NCBI GenBank assembly: GCA_964019335.1
Contig: OZ025684.1
Location: 525,038-589,037 of the forward strand
Direction of reading: 5' to 3'
DNA length: 64,000 bases
Origin: Diplonema japonicum
Taxonomy: Eukaryota; Protista; Euglenozoa: Diplonemea
Both the position numbers and the translations under genes were made by a program. The first letter of the stretch is position 1. Each line of letters opens with the position of its first letter. Below, piece by piece: positions 10,641 through 22,446 of this stretch. The notes under the pieces are model-generated. The model was not told the origin of the DNA. It saw only the letters and a list, made by a program, of their open reading frames with translations, and ran no database searches.

Positions 10641-11702
10641 TCAAACAATTCCCTGAGGGTGCACACAGCCAACAGGCGGCGGCTGGTAAGCAAGGGGTGC
10701 TTGCGGCTGATAGTTCTGGTTGTGTGTGAATCCGGGCTGCTGTGCTTGGACAAATGCATGTGACGTAGTGTGTGTTCTGCTTGAAAAACCCCTGCGGCGC
10801 AAGTATGTGAACACGAAGCACCCCGCGCTGACGGCGACTGCCAGCACGATCATGGCAACAAAGCCCGAAAGAAACGAGTGGCTGTCGTTGTCGTTGTTGC
10901 TTGTGCCATAGTCGATGGTGGTGGGCTGTGCAGTGGCAGCGCCTTCGTAGGCCACCATGACGTCGCCTTCCTCATCAGCAAGCACCTCGTCGACTACAAG
11001 TTTCAGATGCCGTGCCTGCTTGTCCGTCTCGGTGCCCACGTAAAACTCGACTACAGTGGTCCCCCCCGACAACAGCCCCCGTCCGCGCCCAAAGCTGTTT
11101 CTTGCCGACTCGGACCCCACTGTGCCGCACACTGAAGGGTTGTCCATATCGGCATCAGTGATGGAGGGCGGTGTGCGTTGCACAGTGCAGCGCAGCGTGA
11201 TGAGGACTTGTGTTGGTCGGCTGCACTGTGCCCTCCACGAAACATCCCTGAACAGATCTATCTCCAGCCCGCCCATACCGGGAACAAGCATTGTCAGGTT
11301 CTTCACCACCATCTGCCCGATGACCCACGCCCGGGTTTTACTCTCATCAGGCAGCTCTCGCTTGTAACATGGTGTAGATGGTGTAGTATTGTTATTAGAG
11401 AAGTCCTCGTCAGCATTTGCACTCGTCTCGTCATACCCAGACCTTCTGAACCCCCTTCGTCTGTAGTAATCACTATACGACCTGTGGTTGTACCTCCCAG
11501 CCATTACATGGTAGGCACCAGCACCAAGCACCACACCTCCTGCTGCCGCCAAGGCGTACTTCGCAGTGGAGGGCTTTGTGTACGTGCGGGTGGAGCGGAA
11601 GGCTCTGCTGCCCATACCTTTCCCCTCCGCGCAGAGGGCCAGCATGCTGAGTGCTATGAGGCATGCAACCTTTAGCATTTTATCACCCTTGTTGGTAAAC
11701 AT
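10641..11702 (-). CDS. Unknown single-pass membrane protein
   Basis: Signal peptide, Gly/Arg/Tyr-rich N-terminus, C-terminal TM and Pro/Gln tail; start uncertain (11702 or 11678). Confidence 0.7.
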   Translation of the reverse strand: MFTNKGDKMLKVACLIALSMLALCAEGKGMGSRAFRSTRTYTKPSTAKYALAAAGGVVLGAGAYHVMAGRYNHRSYSDYYRRRGFRRSGYDETSANADEDFSNNNTTPSTPCYKRELPDESKTRAWVIGQMVVKNLTMLVPGMGGLEIDLFRDVSWRAQCSRPTQVLITLRCTVQRTPPSITDADMDNPSVCGTVGSESARNSFGRGRGLLSGGTTVVEFYVGTETDKQARHLKLVVDEVLADEEGDVMVAYEGAATAQPTTIDYGTSNNDNDSHSFLSGFVAMIVLAVAVSAGCFVFTYLRRRGFSSRTHTTSHAFVQAQQPGFTHNQNYQPQAPLAYQPPPVGCVHPQGIV

Positions 11703-11859
11703 GGTATGTTCTTGCAAAACAGGACGGAAATAGTGTTATGGTGGTAAGGTGGTTATCGTGGTTTCTTCAAATCAAGAAGAAAGGGGGAAAAAGGGAGAAA
11801 GACAAAACTCACTATGTGGCCGGTTTCTGTCAATCTGCACTGGGCTACTGTCTTGCTTT

Positions 11860-11890
<31 letters not shown>

Positions 11891-12064
11891 CGTTTAGCAA
11901 TTCTAACTTGTTGGCAACGCAATGACTAACCTGATTAGGCAAATTAACGCGCACGAACAATTCTTCTTTTTTTCTTTTTGAACGAATAGCCCAGTCCTTC
12001 AGGGAGTGTAAAATAAGAAAAGAGAAAAAAAACGTTTGCTTACCCAGCCCATTTATCGTTACAA

Positions 12065-14718
12065 CTACGTATTCTTCACCTTCAAGACATATCTGCTCTT
12101 AATGTTGGCATCGCCAGGGGAGTCCCTTGCGAACGGGTAGTAGAACACAAAGTTTGTGTTCCAAATGTTATTCCAGAGGTTGTAACCCATCCCAATGACA
12201 GACTTCGGCTGCAGGGGATTCAGGTTGAACAGGAAGGGTGTGGGCGGTGCGTTTGCTGTGATGGGCGACACGACAGCCGCATCAAGAGAGTTGATGTCGA
12301 GGTCACCCCACGTGACGCCAGGCCACACAGCGTGCTGCTTCGGGTTACCATTCTGGATGGTGTCGTAGGGAGACACGGGATGTCCCAGTTTGTGCATGGT
12401 CCACGTGTACCCCTGATCGGGCACAGGGTAGAAGGAGTAGTGCATCGCCTCTGCTAGTCGAGTAGACGTTTTGTTGAAGTTCAGCATCTCCAAGTTGATG
12501 GTGTTCGCGTCCACCACCTCGACACTCACCCACGTGTGCGAAGGAGCCCCGTACTTTGTGAACACTTCGTTCGGGTACACTACCTTGCACAGTGCCTGGC
12601 ACTGTCCGTCCTTCACCCACACCGCCTCGTTGGTGTTCTGCGGGCGGTAGTCCCCCCTCGTGCAGCCAGTGTTGTTCGTCATGTTGGGCTTGTTGAAACC
12701 GCAGGTGATCCCCGTAGGCCCAATGTACGGCACCCCCATCCTGTCAAAGTCGTCGTTTGTGTAGGTGCTGTACACGATGTCGCCCATCACGTGGTCGGGC
12801 GAGGCCCATTCCCTGCCGCCTAGGGCCATCCTATCCAAGCTGCAGCTTTGGGTGAACCTGTACTGCACACCCTTGCACGTGAAGGTGGTGTTCAGCTTCT
12901 CCTGATGATAGTCTTTAAGGTCGGGCTCCTGGATGGCTTGCACCTGAGCTAACGCATTCTGTAGAGTAAGTATAAAGGTGCAATCAGCGTACCTCTACTT
13001 TAGGTTTGATAGGGTGGTCCTTCAGTGCCTGTAGCGCGTAATCAATCCATGCACGACGCTCGATGTAACTCTGTAGTAAGTGGTTCAGTTTTCTGTGCGA
13101 TTCATACGTTGGTCTGCTCGGCCCACGGGGCTTCATATTTCGCGCTAGCAAAAGCCTCATTGGACCACGAGTCCCAGTCCAGGACGCCTGCGAGCCCTGC
13201 AGTGTGCTCAGGGACGGTCAGCAGCATCCTGGTCATGTTGTACATTCTGGGGTCACTAATGTTGCAGTAGGAGCAGCCCTCCAGCTCCCTAAGGAAAGCA
13301 CGATACTGCGCCACCATCAACAGGTCACCAGGCACACCCATGATCCACGTGTCGCCGATCTCCTCGGTAACTACTGGGAGGTTTGCCTTCAGCGGTGAGC
13401 TGTTCACGTTTGCTGAAAAGTCGCGAAGAGTGGACGCGAACACTTCAGCACCAGGGAACTCGGCCTGCAGAACAGAGTACACATTCAACACCTCTTGGAC
13501 ACTCTCAGGAGGACCGCTGTTGTCCGTGCGGAAGGCGAAGCACAGTGCCTCATCAAACCCATCAAACATCATGCAGTCGCCTCTGCATAGCCCACCGCAG
13601 TGTTCTGCATCAGGGCCGGGCACTCCAGGGTAGCCGCCAGCGTGGTTCATCATCAAAATCTCCGTGTCCGATGCCTCGTCCTTCCACATGAACATCTTGT
13701 GCGGGTACCAGTTGTTTGTTGGAGGGGTGCCCGCGTTTTGCCCAATAGACAAAGCTGCAAATCCGCTCTTCACTAGGTATGGGATCACGCTCCGCGTGCT
13801 GCCAGGAACATCCCTCAGGCTGTACACCTTGTTTTTCGGTTTGTCCAGCCCAAAGAACCCGGAAATATGATTTGTCATCTCCAAACCCCACTCGAACATG
13901 GGGCCCCACCCGACTGCCTCACTCTGAAGGTTGAACGGGCCGTCCTGCCATGTGATGTCCCCTCGCTTCACAGCAGCGGAGAACGCCTCCTTCTCAGCAT
14001 CGGTGGGGCAGTAGAGCTTTGTCCCGTTGGCGAACTTTGTGTTTGGGAGGCAGTTCATGTACATAGACACAAGCCAGGGGTGTGTGGTGTAGACGAAACG
14101 GTCAGTACCAAGGGCCTTCATGGACTGCGCGAGGTGGACGGCCTTCGGAAAGTAGTCCTCCAGGTAGATGTTCACAACGCTTGCCATGAAGCCGATGGGG
14201 TTGGACTCGAGGGTGTGGATGGCGTAGCCAGGGTCGAGGTGGTTCATGTAAACGACGTGGACCTTCTTAATCATGTTCTGCTTCTTCCAGATCCACCCGT
14301 TGCTCCACTGGAAGATTGAGCAGTTTGTCATGGTTCCATCCAAGGAGAGGCCTGGCTGTGCGCTCGACTTATCGATGTCCACATGTGCAGCCCCTGTCTG
14401 GCTGTTCACGGTGCCCTCCCCGTAGCTCCAGTTCCCCGCAGTCACTGCGAAAATCTGGAACGTGTTGGGGCCTGTTGATGTCATCAGGTATTCGTCCTCT
14501 CGGGGACCGACAGTCAGCCCCGACCACGTTCCGGTCAGATTGCAGTTAGGTGCGCGCCTGTTCAGCAGCTCCTCTCCAGTGTCCGGGTGGAAGCGCAACC
14601 TGTCTGCAAACTGTGGTCTCCTGACGAACTCGCTCCAAAAGGGTAGCGATTTCTCCGACTCCAGCATGGAGTGCCCCTCGCACATAAGGGAGATGCTTAT
14701 CAATAAGCACCAACGCAT
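12065..14718 (-). CDS. GH38-N-like / DUF5054 family secreted glycoside hydrolase, 3 exons (14718-13108, 13070-12993, 12958-12065)
   Basis: VHVVYMNHLDPGY, EIGDTWI, EHT and NLWNNIWNTNF motifs; removing two GT-AG introns joins the two listed ORFs through an open 26-codon exon (SYIERRAWIDYALQAL...). Confidence 0.8.
12959..12992 (-). other. 34-nt spliceosomal intron
   Basis: GTACGC...ACTTACTCTACAG; removal restores the frame into NALAQVQAIQEP. Confidence 0.85.
13071..13107 (-). other. 37-nt spliceosomal intron
   Basis: GTATGA...ACTTACTACAG; contains an in-frame stop; removal restores the frame. Confidence 0.85.
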
Positions 14719-15492
14719 TTTTATTTTTGTGGAGACTTTGAGGTGGATGTGATACATTGGAAAAAAGGGGTGTTAAGTCACGTTACTCGTTTCATTTGCG
14801 TTGAGGATGCAGGTCTTCGCTGTTTGCCTTCAAGTTTCTTGAGGATCCTGTTCTCTTGGTTCACCAGGCCAAACCCGCGACAGCGACAGTCATAGTGGAC
14901 ATTTCCTTTGAGGATGTTACCCTTAGTACTGGGAGGGGGAATACTTTTCGAAATCTTTATTATTTTTCTTTGCCGTAAACCTCTTAATCGTTGTCCAGAA
15001 TTAATGGTTTTTGGTTGGGTGTGCTTCACTGCCGAGCGAAGCAAGGCGAAAGATCTGTTTTGTACGCTAAAAAGCTCGCCTTAGGAAAACCCTTTTCTAT
15101 ATACGCCTCATATCTCTAAAATTCGTTTGGCACCCCTCCCCCCTTGTGTCAAAACTATGGCTGCAGTGAACTCGTTTCGCGACTCTCTTCAATGACCGAA
15201 CGCTCGTTACCACGAGGTACGTAACGGGCGACACCAAAAAGAATTTCCCGAATGCTTTTGACAAACTCCCTCGAAAGGGTTGGTTCTTTGTATGAACGCT
15301 GGAATTCTTGAGAAAGGTTTTCCCAGCCAACCTTTGGAATTCCCTCTGTTGCCCCCTTAGAGCAAGCCCAGGATTACCAAACGGGTTAAGAGATATGGGA
15401 CGTTGTTATTTTCATTTTTGAATTTTCTAGGAAATGATTAAGAGGCCTACAGTTCATTTTTGCATGTATTTTACAAACGGAATACCTATTGG

Positions 15493-15530
<38 letters not shown>

Positions 15531-15676
15531 CCTTCTTCACTTTGAGGGGAAAAAGAGAAAAAAAAGGGGGGGGAACAAGAGAGCAAACCAACGGGAGTAA
15601 AAGAGGGTGCCAGTACGTAGTAAGGCAGATGAAGGAAACCCTGTAAGGCCGGAGAAGGGGGGATTGACAAAGGGAC

Positions 15677-15720
<44 letters not shown>

Positions 15721-15839
15721 CTCTGACAGAAAGGAAAGAAACAGAACAGTGTGAGTGCGAACCTGATGCGGTGTCTCCACTTGGGTGGTCCGTTCGTTTT
15801 GCTTTCCTTCTGCTTCACGTCGGTTTTTTTCCGAGTGTC

Positions 15840-15880
<41 letters not shown>

Positions 15881-16236
15881 TGGGGCAAGAGGGCGGAGAG
15901 AAAAGGACAGCGGGATAAGAAAAACACTCCTGTTATTCATCCCAAACAATGAGATCACTAAAGATATATATGGGGCGGGGGGGTTTCTTTCTGTTGTTTA
16001 CCCCCCCCCCTTTTTTTCTGCTGTAAAATGATGGGCTATTTATTCCCTGACTTCCCCCCCTAGTGATTCCTTGTTTATTTTCCTGTTTACATTTTTTTTT
16101 TTCTTTTTCGACACATTTCTGTTTATTTTTTTTTTTTATTATTTTTTTTTTATATATCGTGCTCCCTGGAGTAGGGAGCGAGTGCAGTACCCACGAGTCA
16201 GGTTCGTGAGCACTGCTGTGAAGAAATAGTGTCTTC

Positions 16237-17877
16237 CTACGCTTTGTTTTCATCGGCGTCGCCAGTTGACCCGACCTTGATGGAAGTGCTGTCAGGGGCG
16301 TTTGGTGTTAGAGAGGCAAGGATCGTGGCCTGCCAGTCCTCGGTGAATCCGTACTTCACACGCATGTACAGTTCAAGCCCGACAAATGCGAAAAACACAA
16401 ACCCAATGTACACAACACCCACTGCAAAGGCTGCAAGCGGCGCAATGAGCAGAAGCATGCCAAGGATAATGTTGATATTGGCCAATAGCAGCGCCAGCCT
16501 CCCTGCGTTCTTATGCACCAGCTCCCACACTGTCCTCAACGTCGAGGCGGGCGCTTTGTGCGGGCGGACAAAGGCGTTCAGGGGCTGCAGCAGCCCCACG
16601 ATCATAACAGCCAGCCCGATCCCACCGTGTGCGAACATGAAGTGCTTCGACTGCACAGATGGGATGATGAGCCCAAACCCGATGATAGCCAGCAACAGCC
16701 CAATCGACATCAGAGCGCGGTGAGCTTGGAACCACTTCGGGTCGCCTGCCTTCCAGTACCTCCCGATCAGCACTCCGAAGTTGCAGCACACGCCCCACGC
16801 CAGGAACATGAACACACCGTGTAGGATGGGCAGCGTGATGTACCCTCCCACACCCCCAGATCCTGGGGTGCCCTGTTCGACGGTCGCATCCCAAGTCAGC
16901 GTCCAGATGCCCAGCCCACCGCCCTTGCCCCCGACCACGTACGCCGCGGTGTTTGTGTAGAGCACAGCCGCGTCGTTGAGGCTTGGGGGGCCGGCACCTT
17001 CTGGGGTGTAGAAGTCCCACCTCATTTCATTGCAGTCCATAACCGCCACCTGGTTTCCCGCAGCAGCCGACCCTTCAAGCCACTGGTTGCCAATCTTGAC
17101 GTCGCCCGACGTCAGCATGAAGGCCTTCGATGAGTCAGTAGGGTGGCCCGCCATGCCACCGCGCACCCTAGGGGTGGGACGGCCAGAAGTCACTTGGCGC
17201 CAGCCTTGCGAGTTGGAGTAGCACCACGAGTCGTGGGAGGGGCAGGGGCCACCAGTTTCACCACCAGAGAGACAGCCGCCGAACATGAAGAGGTTGCCTG
17301 CTGCATTTGTAACACCGCTGGCGAGGCAGCGTGGGTGGGGGGTGTCGAGACTGTACTCGGAGTCCTCGTCGTGGACGCGAGTCCACTCGTTGGTGGTGAG
17401 GTCGAAGTCCCATGTGTCTCCGTAACGGATAGCCGAGAAGCCGTGAGTGATCTGCAGCACGGAGGTACTGCCTGTAGTGTAGATCCCACCAACAGCACCG
17501 TAGCGTGCCTCTGGGTGTGCCTTCGTGTCGTCGGACAGTTGCGCCCATAGCGAAGTTGTGTAAGAGAACCTCCACACATCGCTGTAGAAGACCTTCCCTG
17601 GACCTTCCCCAGTGGCAATCACTAGTCCTTGGCTGTCACTCGCGTACACCATCGAGTGCCTCCCCGGAGGCCCGCTGACCTCGAGCACCGTCCACACCAC
17701 GTTGGGCTGCCCTCGCCCTTCGTAGGTCACCCCGTCGAGATAAGTGATAAATCTCCCATTCGCTGCGTCCCATCCACTCGCGTGTCCTGAGAACTCTGTG
17801 ACATTCCCTGCTGTGCTCCCTTGCGTCTCGTTCCACTGCAGGGCCGCAAAGGCCACCATACTGACTAATACGTGCAT
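16237..17877 (-). CDS. Kelch-type beta-propeller fused to a cytochrome b561 transmembrane domain
   Basis: Kelch-like repeats (YSDVWRF, GDTWDFD, MFGG, VVGG); b561 heme His motifs LHGVFMFLAWG, WFQAHR, HGGIG, WELVHKNAGR. Confidence 0.8.
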   Translation of the reverse strand: MHVLVSMVAFAALQWNETQGSTAGNVTEFSGHASGWDAANGRFITYLDGVTYEGRGQPNVVWTVLEVSGPPGRHSMVYASDSQGLVIATGEGPGKVFYSDVWRFSYTTSLWAQLSDDTKAHPEARYGAVGGIYTTGSTSVLQITHGFSAIRYGDTWDFDLTTNEWTRVHDEDSEYSLDTPHPRCLASGVTNAAGNLFMFGGCLSGGETGGPCPSHDSWCYSNSQGWRQVTSGRPTPRVRGGMAGHPTDSSKAFMLTSGDVKIGNQWLEGSAAAGNQVAVMDCNEMRWDFYTPEGAGPPSLNDAAVLYTNTAAYVVGGKGGGLGIWTLTWDATVEQGTPGSGGVGGYITLPILHGVFMFLAWGVCCNFGVLIGRYWKAGDPKWFQAHRALMSIGLLLAIIGFGLIIPSVQSKHFMFAHGGIGLAVMIVGLLQPLNAFVRPHKAPASTLRTVWELVHKNAGRLALLLANINIILGMLLLIAPLAAFAVGVVYIGFVFFAFVGLELYMRVKYGFTEDWQATILASLTPNAPDSTSIKVGSTGDADENKA

Positions 17878-18024
17878 GTTGCTTATAAAATGCTGCGGAA
17901 CGTGTTTTGGTGCTTACAGGTATACAAAAGGTAGGAAACAGAAAAACACTCAAAATAAGATATTACTGATTGGCTTCTTTTGTTCTGTAGTACAGGGTCA
18001 TACCCCCTACCCTACCCTTACCCT

Positions 18025-18608
18025 CTACTCGTCGTCCTGCATTGGTGTGATAACGTTATCCCAAAAAACTGGTCGTACACACCTCTTCAAATGAAGATGT
18101 CGTAGCACTGGACTCATCTTCCTCTTCTTCTTCCTCACTGCCGGAGTCTGCTGCGGCTTCTTCATCTATTTTATTTTGCACTAATTTGAGAATGGCTTTT
18201 TGCGTCCTGTGGTTTCTTATGGTTCCTCCCTCTCCCTGCCTCATACCGTTTGTCAAGAATCCTTTTTTTCGGTGCGATGATGTTTTTCAAATCCAAATTA
18301 GAGACCTCAGGCAGGAAGCCGATGAAGTCTGCGTCTTCTGCTTTTGCCACCTTTTTGCTGCTAACTTCAGGGACATCGTCATCGAGTATGCACTTATAGG
18401 TTCCTTTGTTTTTTTTCATAACGCGTTCCCGCAACTTTTCATCATGTGGGTTATAGCTCCTGAACACAAGACTCACATCATCCCCCACCTTCACTGGTTC
18501 CCCTTCAACATCTGAGTCGCTCTCCTCGTCTTCCTCTTCCTCTTCCTCCTCTTCTTCCTCTTCTTCGTCTTCCTCTTCTTCACGTTCTTCCAGCTCTCTC
18601 TTTGGCAT
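18025..18608 (-). CDS. CCDC12: Cwf18/CCDC12-like spliceosomal protein; intron 18207-18246 and probable second intron 18037-18082
   Basis: FRSYNP motif; removing the 40-nt GTATGA..CCACAG intron gives ILDKRTQKAILKLV, matching the Cwf18 C-terminal helix. Without the second intron the stop is at 18056. Confidence 0.72.
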
Positions 18609-18915
18609 TTTTTTTTCTTGGTAACCTTTTTTTCTTTATTTTTGAATTCTCATGTCAAGTTTCTAAATTTCTCTTTACAATATATCGGGGGGGGGGGGGG
18701 GGGGGGGGGGGCGGTGATACAGAGATTTATTACATTGGTTTCTTTCTTTTCTATTTTTTGTCTTCCCCTTATAGCACATTCTGGAAACGGGGGAGACCAT
18801 GTCAACTACAGCCAAAAGGGGGGATTGGAGAGGAGCTTAAAGGAAAGTACTTGTATCTAGGTAAAAAAGAAAAATAGAGATTTTAACAAAACAACATTCT
18901 TTTCTACTTTTTTTC

Positions 18916-21201
18916 TCAGAGCCCCCCCAACATTGTCTTCTTGTTGACCCAAAAGAGGTCCGCGTTGGTGGGCTTGGGGTCTGGCTTGGGCAAGGCGCCG
19001 AGCTGTGCAACACAACTGGAGACGGCCTCGCGAAGGGCAAGCTCGTGCGGCTGCATGGGCACGTTGGGGCTCTGTGTGTGATAGAAACAAAAGGTGTGAC
19101 ATACTGGTGATCGGTCACGTGACCTGTCCCTTGACCTCTCTCTCCACTGTTTGTTGGGGTAAGCTGGAGGCTCGGCAACACTTGGTGACGCGGAACGCCC
19201 CCTTGACTTCGTCGGCGTAGGCGTGGTGGGCGGGGGTGGCATAACAGACGCTTGGCTTTCCGCAACCCGCAGCTTACCTTGCACATTGTGCAGCTCTTCT
19301 TTGTAACTCAGCGCCAGCTCCAAGTACGACTCCGTCTCCCTTGCCCCGTAAGACGGAGGAGGTGGCGGCATGGTGGGGCTCATAGAAGGGGACTTCGACC
19401 TCGCACGCACAGACGGAGGTGGTTTGGTGCTGATTGCAGACGCACGCACAAACAGCGCACGATTCTCTGTCGTCTTGAAGTAGCTCACACCGTTCACCGT
19501 TCCATCGCACGCAGCAGGGTCCTCCTCATCCAGCTCCACCCCCACCCACTGCCCTGTGACGCCTTTGAGCTTCCCGATATATCGTGCAACACCACTCACA
19601 GGCAATGCACCGTTCTTGTTCACATTCACATGTGTTCCAACGCTCACCTGTTTCGTGTTGCTGTTGTGTTGCGTTGTGCTGTTCGGGGTGGGTGTCGACG
19701 TCGAGAACCTCGGCTTCTCGGTGTACTCCTCCTGCAGCACACCGGGTGACAGCTTCTGTGCCTCTTTCAACTTCTTCTCCAAGGACTTGATGTTGTTCTT
19801 CATGGTGACTGAGTGTTCTTTGAAACGATTCTCAAGCGACGAGTAGTTTTCTTCCACTTCGAAGAGCTTCAATTTCGTCTCTTCGTGCTGCTGTTTCGTC
19901 TTGTGTAACTGCTTCGTCAGTGTTTGGATGTTGCGTGCGTCGCTGCGTTGCCTGTCGACAGTGTGCAGGTCAGCAGACCTGATGCTGATGAGCTGCTGCA
20001 GTGCCTCCGCGTCTGCCTCCAAGTGTGCTTGCGGGTTCGATGTCGCTGCTTTCAGCTGCTTTTCAAGGATTGCAATCTGCTTTGTGAGCTCCCAGTTGCT
20101 GTCTGTCAGCCCATCGTGTCTTGCCTCGATACGTCTTGCAGCCTCCGTTAGAGACACGTCACCGTCCGGGTCTATAGAGAGCTCCTTGCAAGCAGCACGC
20201 CTCTCCTTCTGAAAGTGCTCGATCTCAAGGCTCTGTTGGTCACACGTCCTCGTCAAGGTGTCGTTCCGCATTGTAAGGTCTTCTATCTTGCGCTTCATGA
20301 TATCTGCTTCCGTCTTCATGATCTTCAACTGCGACTCCAGCTGTGCCTCGCGCACCCGGAGGACTCCCGCCTTGCGCTCCCATTCAGAAGCGGCCATGGT
20401 GAGGGACTCCACGTCTTCCTCCATCTGCCGCCTCTCGTCGTCTTGCAGCGTTGACCGTATACGGCTGAAGCCGACTGGCGACTCTGTTTCTGCAGAAATC
20501 GATGGACCACTTGGTGGTTTCACGGTGACAGCGCTTATTTGTGAGCTTCGTGGAGTTGGCTCCTCAATGGTCTTTTCCTCCACGGCCTGCTCCTCTGCTG
20601 CGTTCATCTCTTCTGCCTTTGCTCGCTCTGCTGCTTCGTGCGACGATTGCACTTTCATCTTAGTCGGGATTTTGATCTTCATTATCCGCATCTCTGTCCA
20701 GCCAATCGGCTTCGCCAGCTGAAGATGGCTCTTTATTTTCTCCTCAGGGGGGAGGGCGCGGACAACCAGTTCTCGCTTAGGGTTCAAGAAGGCGGCAAGG
20801 ATTTTGAGGATGCCAGCAACAGTTTCGCACTCTTTTTCGTCAGCAAAGCTGAAGAGGACATCGTACTGCGTGGGACACTTGATGCCAAGCCAGGTGCCGT
20901 ACGTCAGACACTCTTCGATCTCAGTGATGTTGATGTTCCTGTTGAGGGACGTCGAGTACTGGTGCACTGCCACGGCAGATATCACAAGGAGCCGCTTCTG
21001 TGATATGACTCTCCGTCCTACCTTGTTGACGATGCCTGCCCAGAGGAGTGCAGGGACCCCAGTCGCGTTCTTTAACATTGCTGCAAGGCACTTCCTTGTC
21101 TCAGCAGACAGCTGCGTGCTCTTCACATAAGACAGCATTGCTGGATGCATCGTGATTCCCCCATCGAGTGCCAACTCGGGGTTCTCATTCTCTTCGCTCA
21201 T
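18916..21201 (-). CDS. Cytoskeletal protein: PH/TH1-like N-terminus, long coiled coil, CAP-Gly domain
   Basis: GVARYIG...GQWVGVELD...CDGTVNGVSYF...ALFVR (CAP-Gly); probable in-frame 33-nt intron at 19072-19104 (GTATGT..ACACAG). Confidence 0.82.
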   Translation of the reverse strand: MSEENENPELALDGGITMHPAMLSYVKSTQLSAETRKCLAAMLKNATGVPALLWAGIVNKVGRRVISQKRLLVISAVAVHQYSTSLNRNINITEIEECLTYGTWLGIKCPTQYDVLFSFADEKECETVAGILKILAAFLNPKRELVVRALPPEEKIKSHLQLAKPIGWTEMRIMKIKIPTKMKVQSSHEAAERAKAEEMNAAEEQAVEEKTIEEPTPRSSQISAVTVKPPSGPSISAETESPVGFSRIRSTLQDDERRQMEEDVESLTMAASEWERKAGVLRVREAQLESQLKIMKTEADIMKRKIEDLTMRNDTLTRTCDQQSLEIEHFQKERRAACKELSIDPDGDVSLTEAARRIEARHDGLTDSNWELTKQIAILEKQLKAATSNPQAHLEADAEALQQLISIRSADLHTVDRQRSDARNIQTLTKQLHKTKQQHEETKLKLFEVEENYSSLENRFKEHSVTMKNNIKSLEKKLKEAQKLSPGVLQEEYTEKPRFSTSTPTPNSTTQHNSNTKQVSVGTHVNVNKNGALPVSGVARYIGKLKGVTGQWVGVELDEEDPAACDGTVNGVSYFKTTENRALFVRASAISTKPPPSVRARSKSPSMSPTMPPPPPSYGARETESYLELALSYKEELHNVQGKLRVAESQASVMPPPPTTPTPTKSRGRSASPSVAEPPAYPNKQWRERSRDRSRDRSPVCHTFCFYHTQSPNVPMQPHELALREAVSSCVAQLGALPKPDPKPTNADLFWVNKKTMLGGL

Positions 21202-21408
21202 ACTCTTGGTTCTCCCTGTTGGTATCGCTAATGAAATAGAAACAAAGTCAACCAAATTACGGGTTTTCGAATCGAAAGTTTTTATCAGGGATCGGGGGGG
21301 GCAGGGGGGGTCACACGCCCCTTAAAAACGTGGTAAAAGTGGGGGAAAAAAGTTTTCAAGGTAAAAAGAACCACCCACCTCTAAAATGACCAAAAAAATC
21401 AAAATCTG

Positions 21409-21439
<31 letters not shown>

Positions 21440-21483
21440 CCCCTGCCAGATTAGGGCACTTTTGAGCACTTGATAATGCCTTG

Positions 21484-21522
<39 letters not shown>

Positions 21523-22000
21523 CCTTTTCTTTTTTTTGAAAACAGTGACCACGGTTTGGATCCGCAGCCACCCTTTTTAAAAATGCAAAAGAATTGCTCG
21601 TAAGTGCCCAAAAGTGCCCAAAACCCGTCGGTTTTTTGGTCAAAAAAGGGGGTGTACACGGGTAGGTGGCTTTTGGAGGAAGGTTGCCTGGGGTCCAGAT
21701 CAGATTCGGAAGTCTGTAGGGTAACCCAACCTGTCTCACAGTCTAGACCCAGCTCACGTTCCCAGTTGAAAGAAGGCAAGGAGGCCGGGCACGAGAGGCG
21801 GTACAGAGGGGTGCAGGACAGCACCCCATCACAGCGAACATTATCTTGGTGGCAAGATCGAGATACAGCCACCATGTGCTTGTTGTAATGATACGTTTTC
21901 TTTTTCTTTTTCTTTTTCTTTTTCTTTTTCTTTTTCTCTTTTTCTTTTTCGTTTCTTTTTTTTTTTTTTGTTTTTTGTTATAATATTTAACTTTCAAAAA

Positions 22001-22091
22001 ATAACCATATGCAACTTGTGCCGAGCAAAAAACTTTCGCAGCTTTAAAAGCATTTTTGCTCGTGCGAACAACAAAGACATATAGTCATAAA
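22001..22091. repeat. MITE-like dispersed element, copy 2 (inverted relative to 3086-3193)
   Basis: catatgcaacttgtgccgag...tcgcagcttt...tttttgctcg...catatagtcataaa aligns to the reverse complement of copy 1. Confidence 0.6.
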
Positions 22092-22446
22092 GATACCCCC
22101 CCCCCCCCCCCCCCCTTTCGTTCCTCTCCCATGCAGCGGGAGTGGCGATAATCAATAATGGCAACAAGTCATTGACGTTGCAACATTGCAGCTCAAAGGA
22201 TTGATTGTTCGCAATTTCTGACGATGACAAAACATTAAACTCACTCAAAAGATACAAAATATAAAGAGGAGGTAACTTGGGCGAACAGGCTTTCAACATA
22301 AGGGTAACATGATTCGCACGGCAGCAGGAAAGGAAGAGAAGGGGCGCGCCGCGGTCTAGGATAGAGGTTACAGAAAGAAAATCAAACGTAAAATTTAAGA
22401 GAAAGGTGTACGTGCTCACATCGTGCTCACATAGCAAGCATCTCAT

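Noticed and set aside
13020-13110. Apparent split or pseudogenised hydrolase, or stop-codon reassignment
   Set aside because: Fully explained by two canonical short introns; the same holds for the AP-1 mu and Cwf18 genes.
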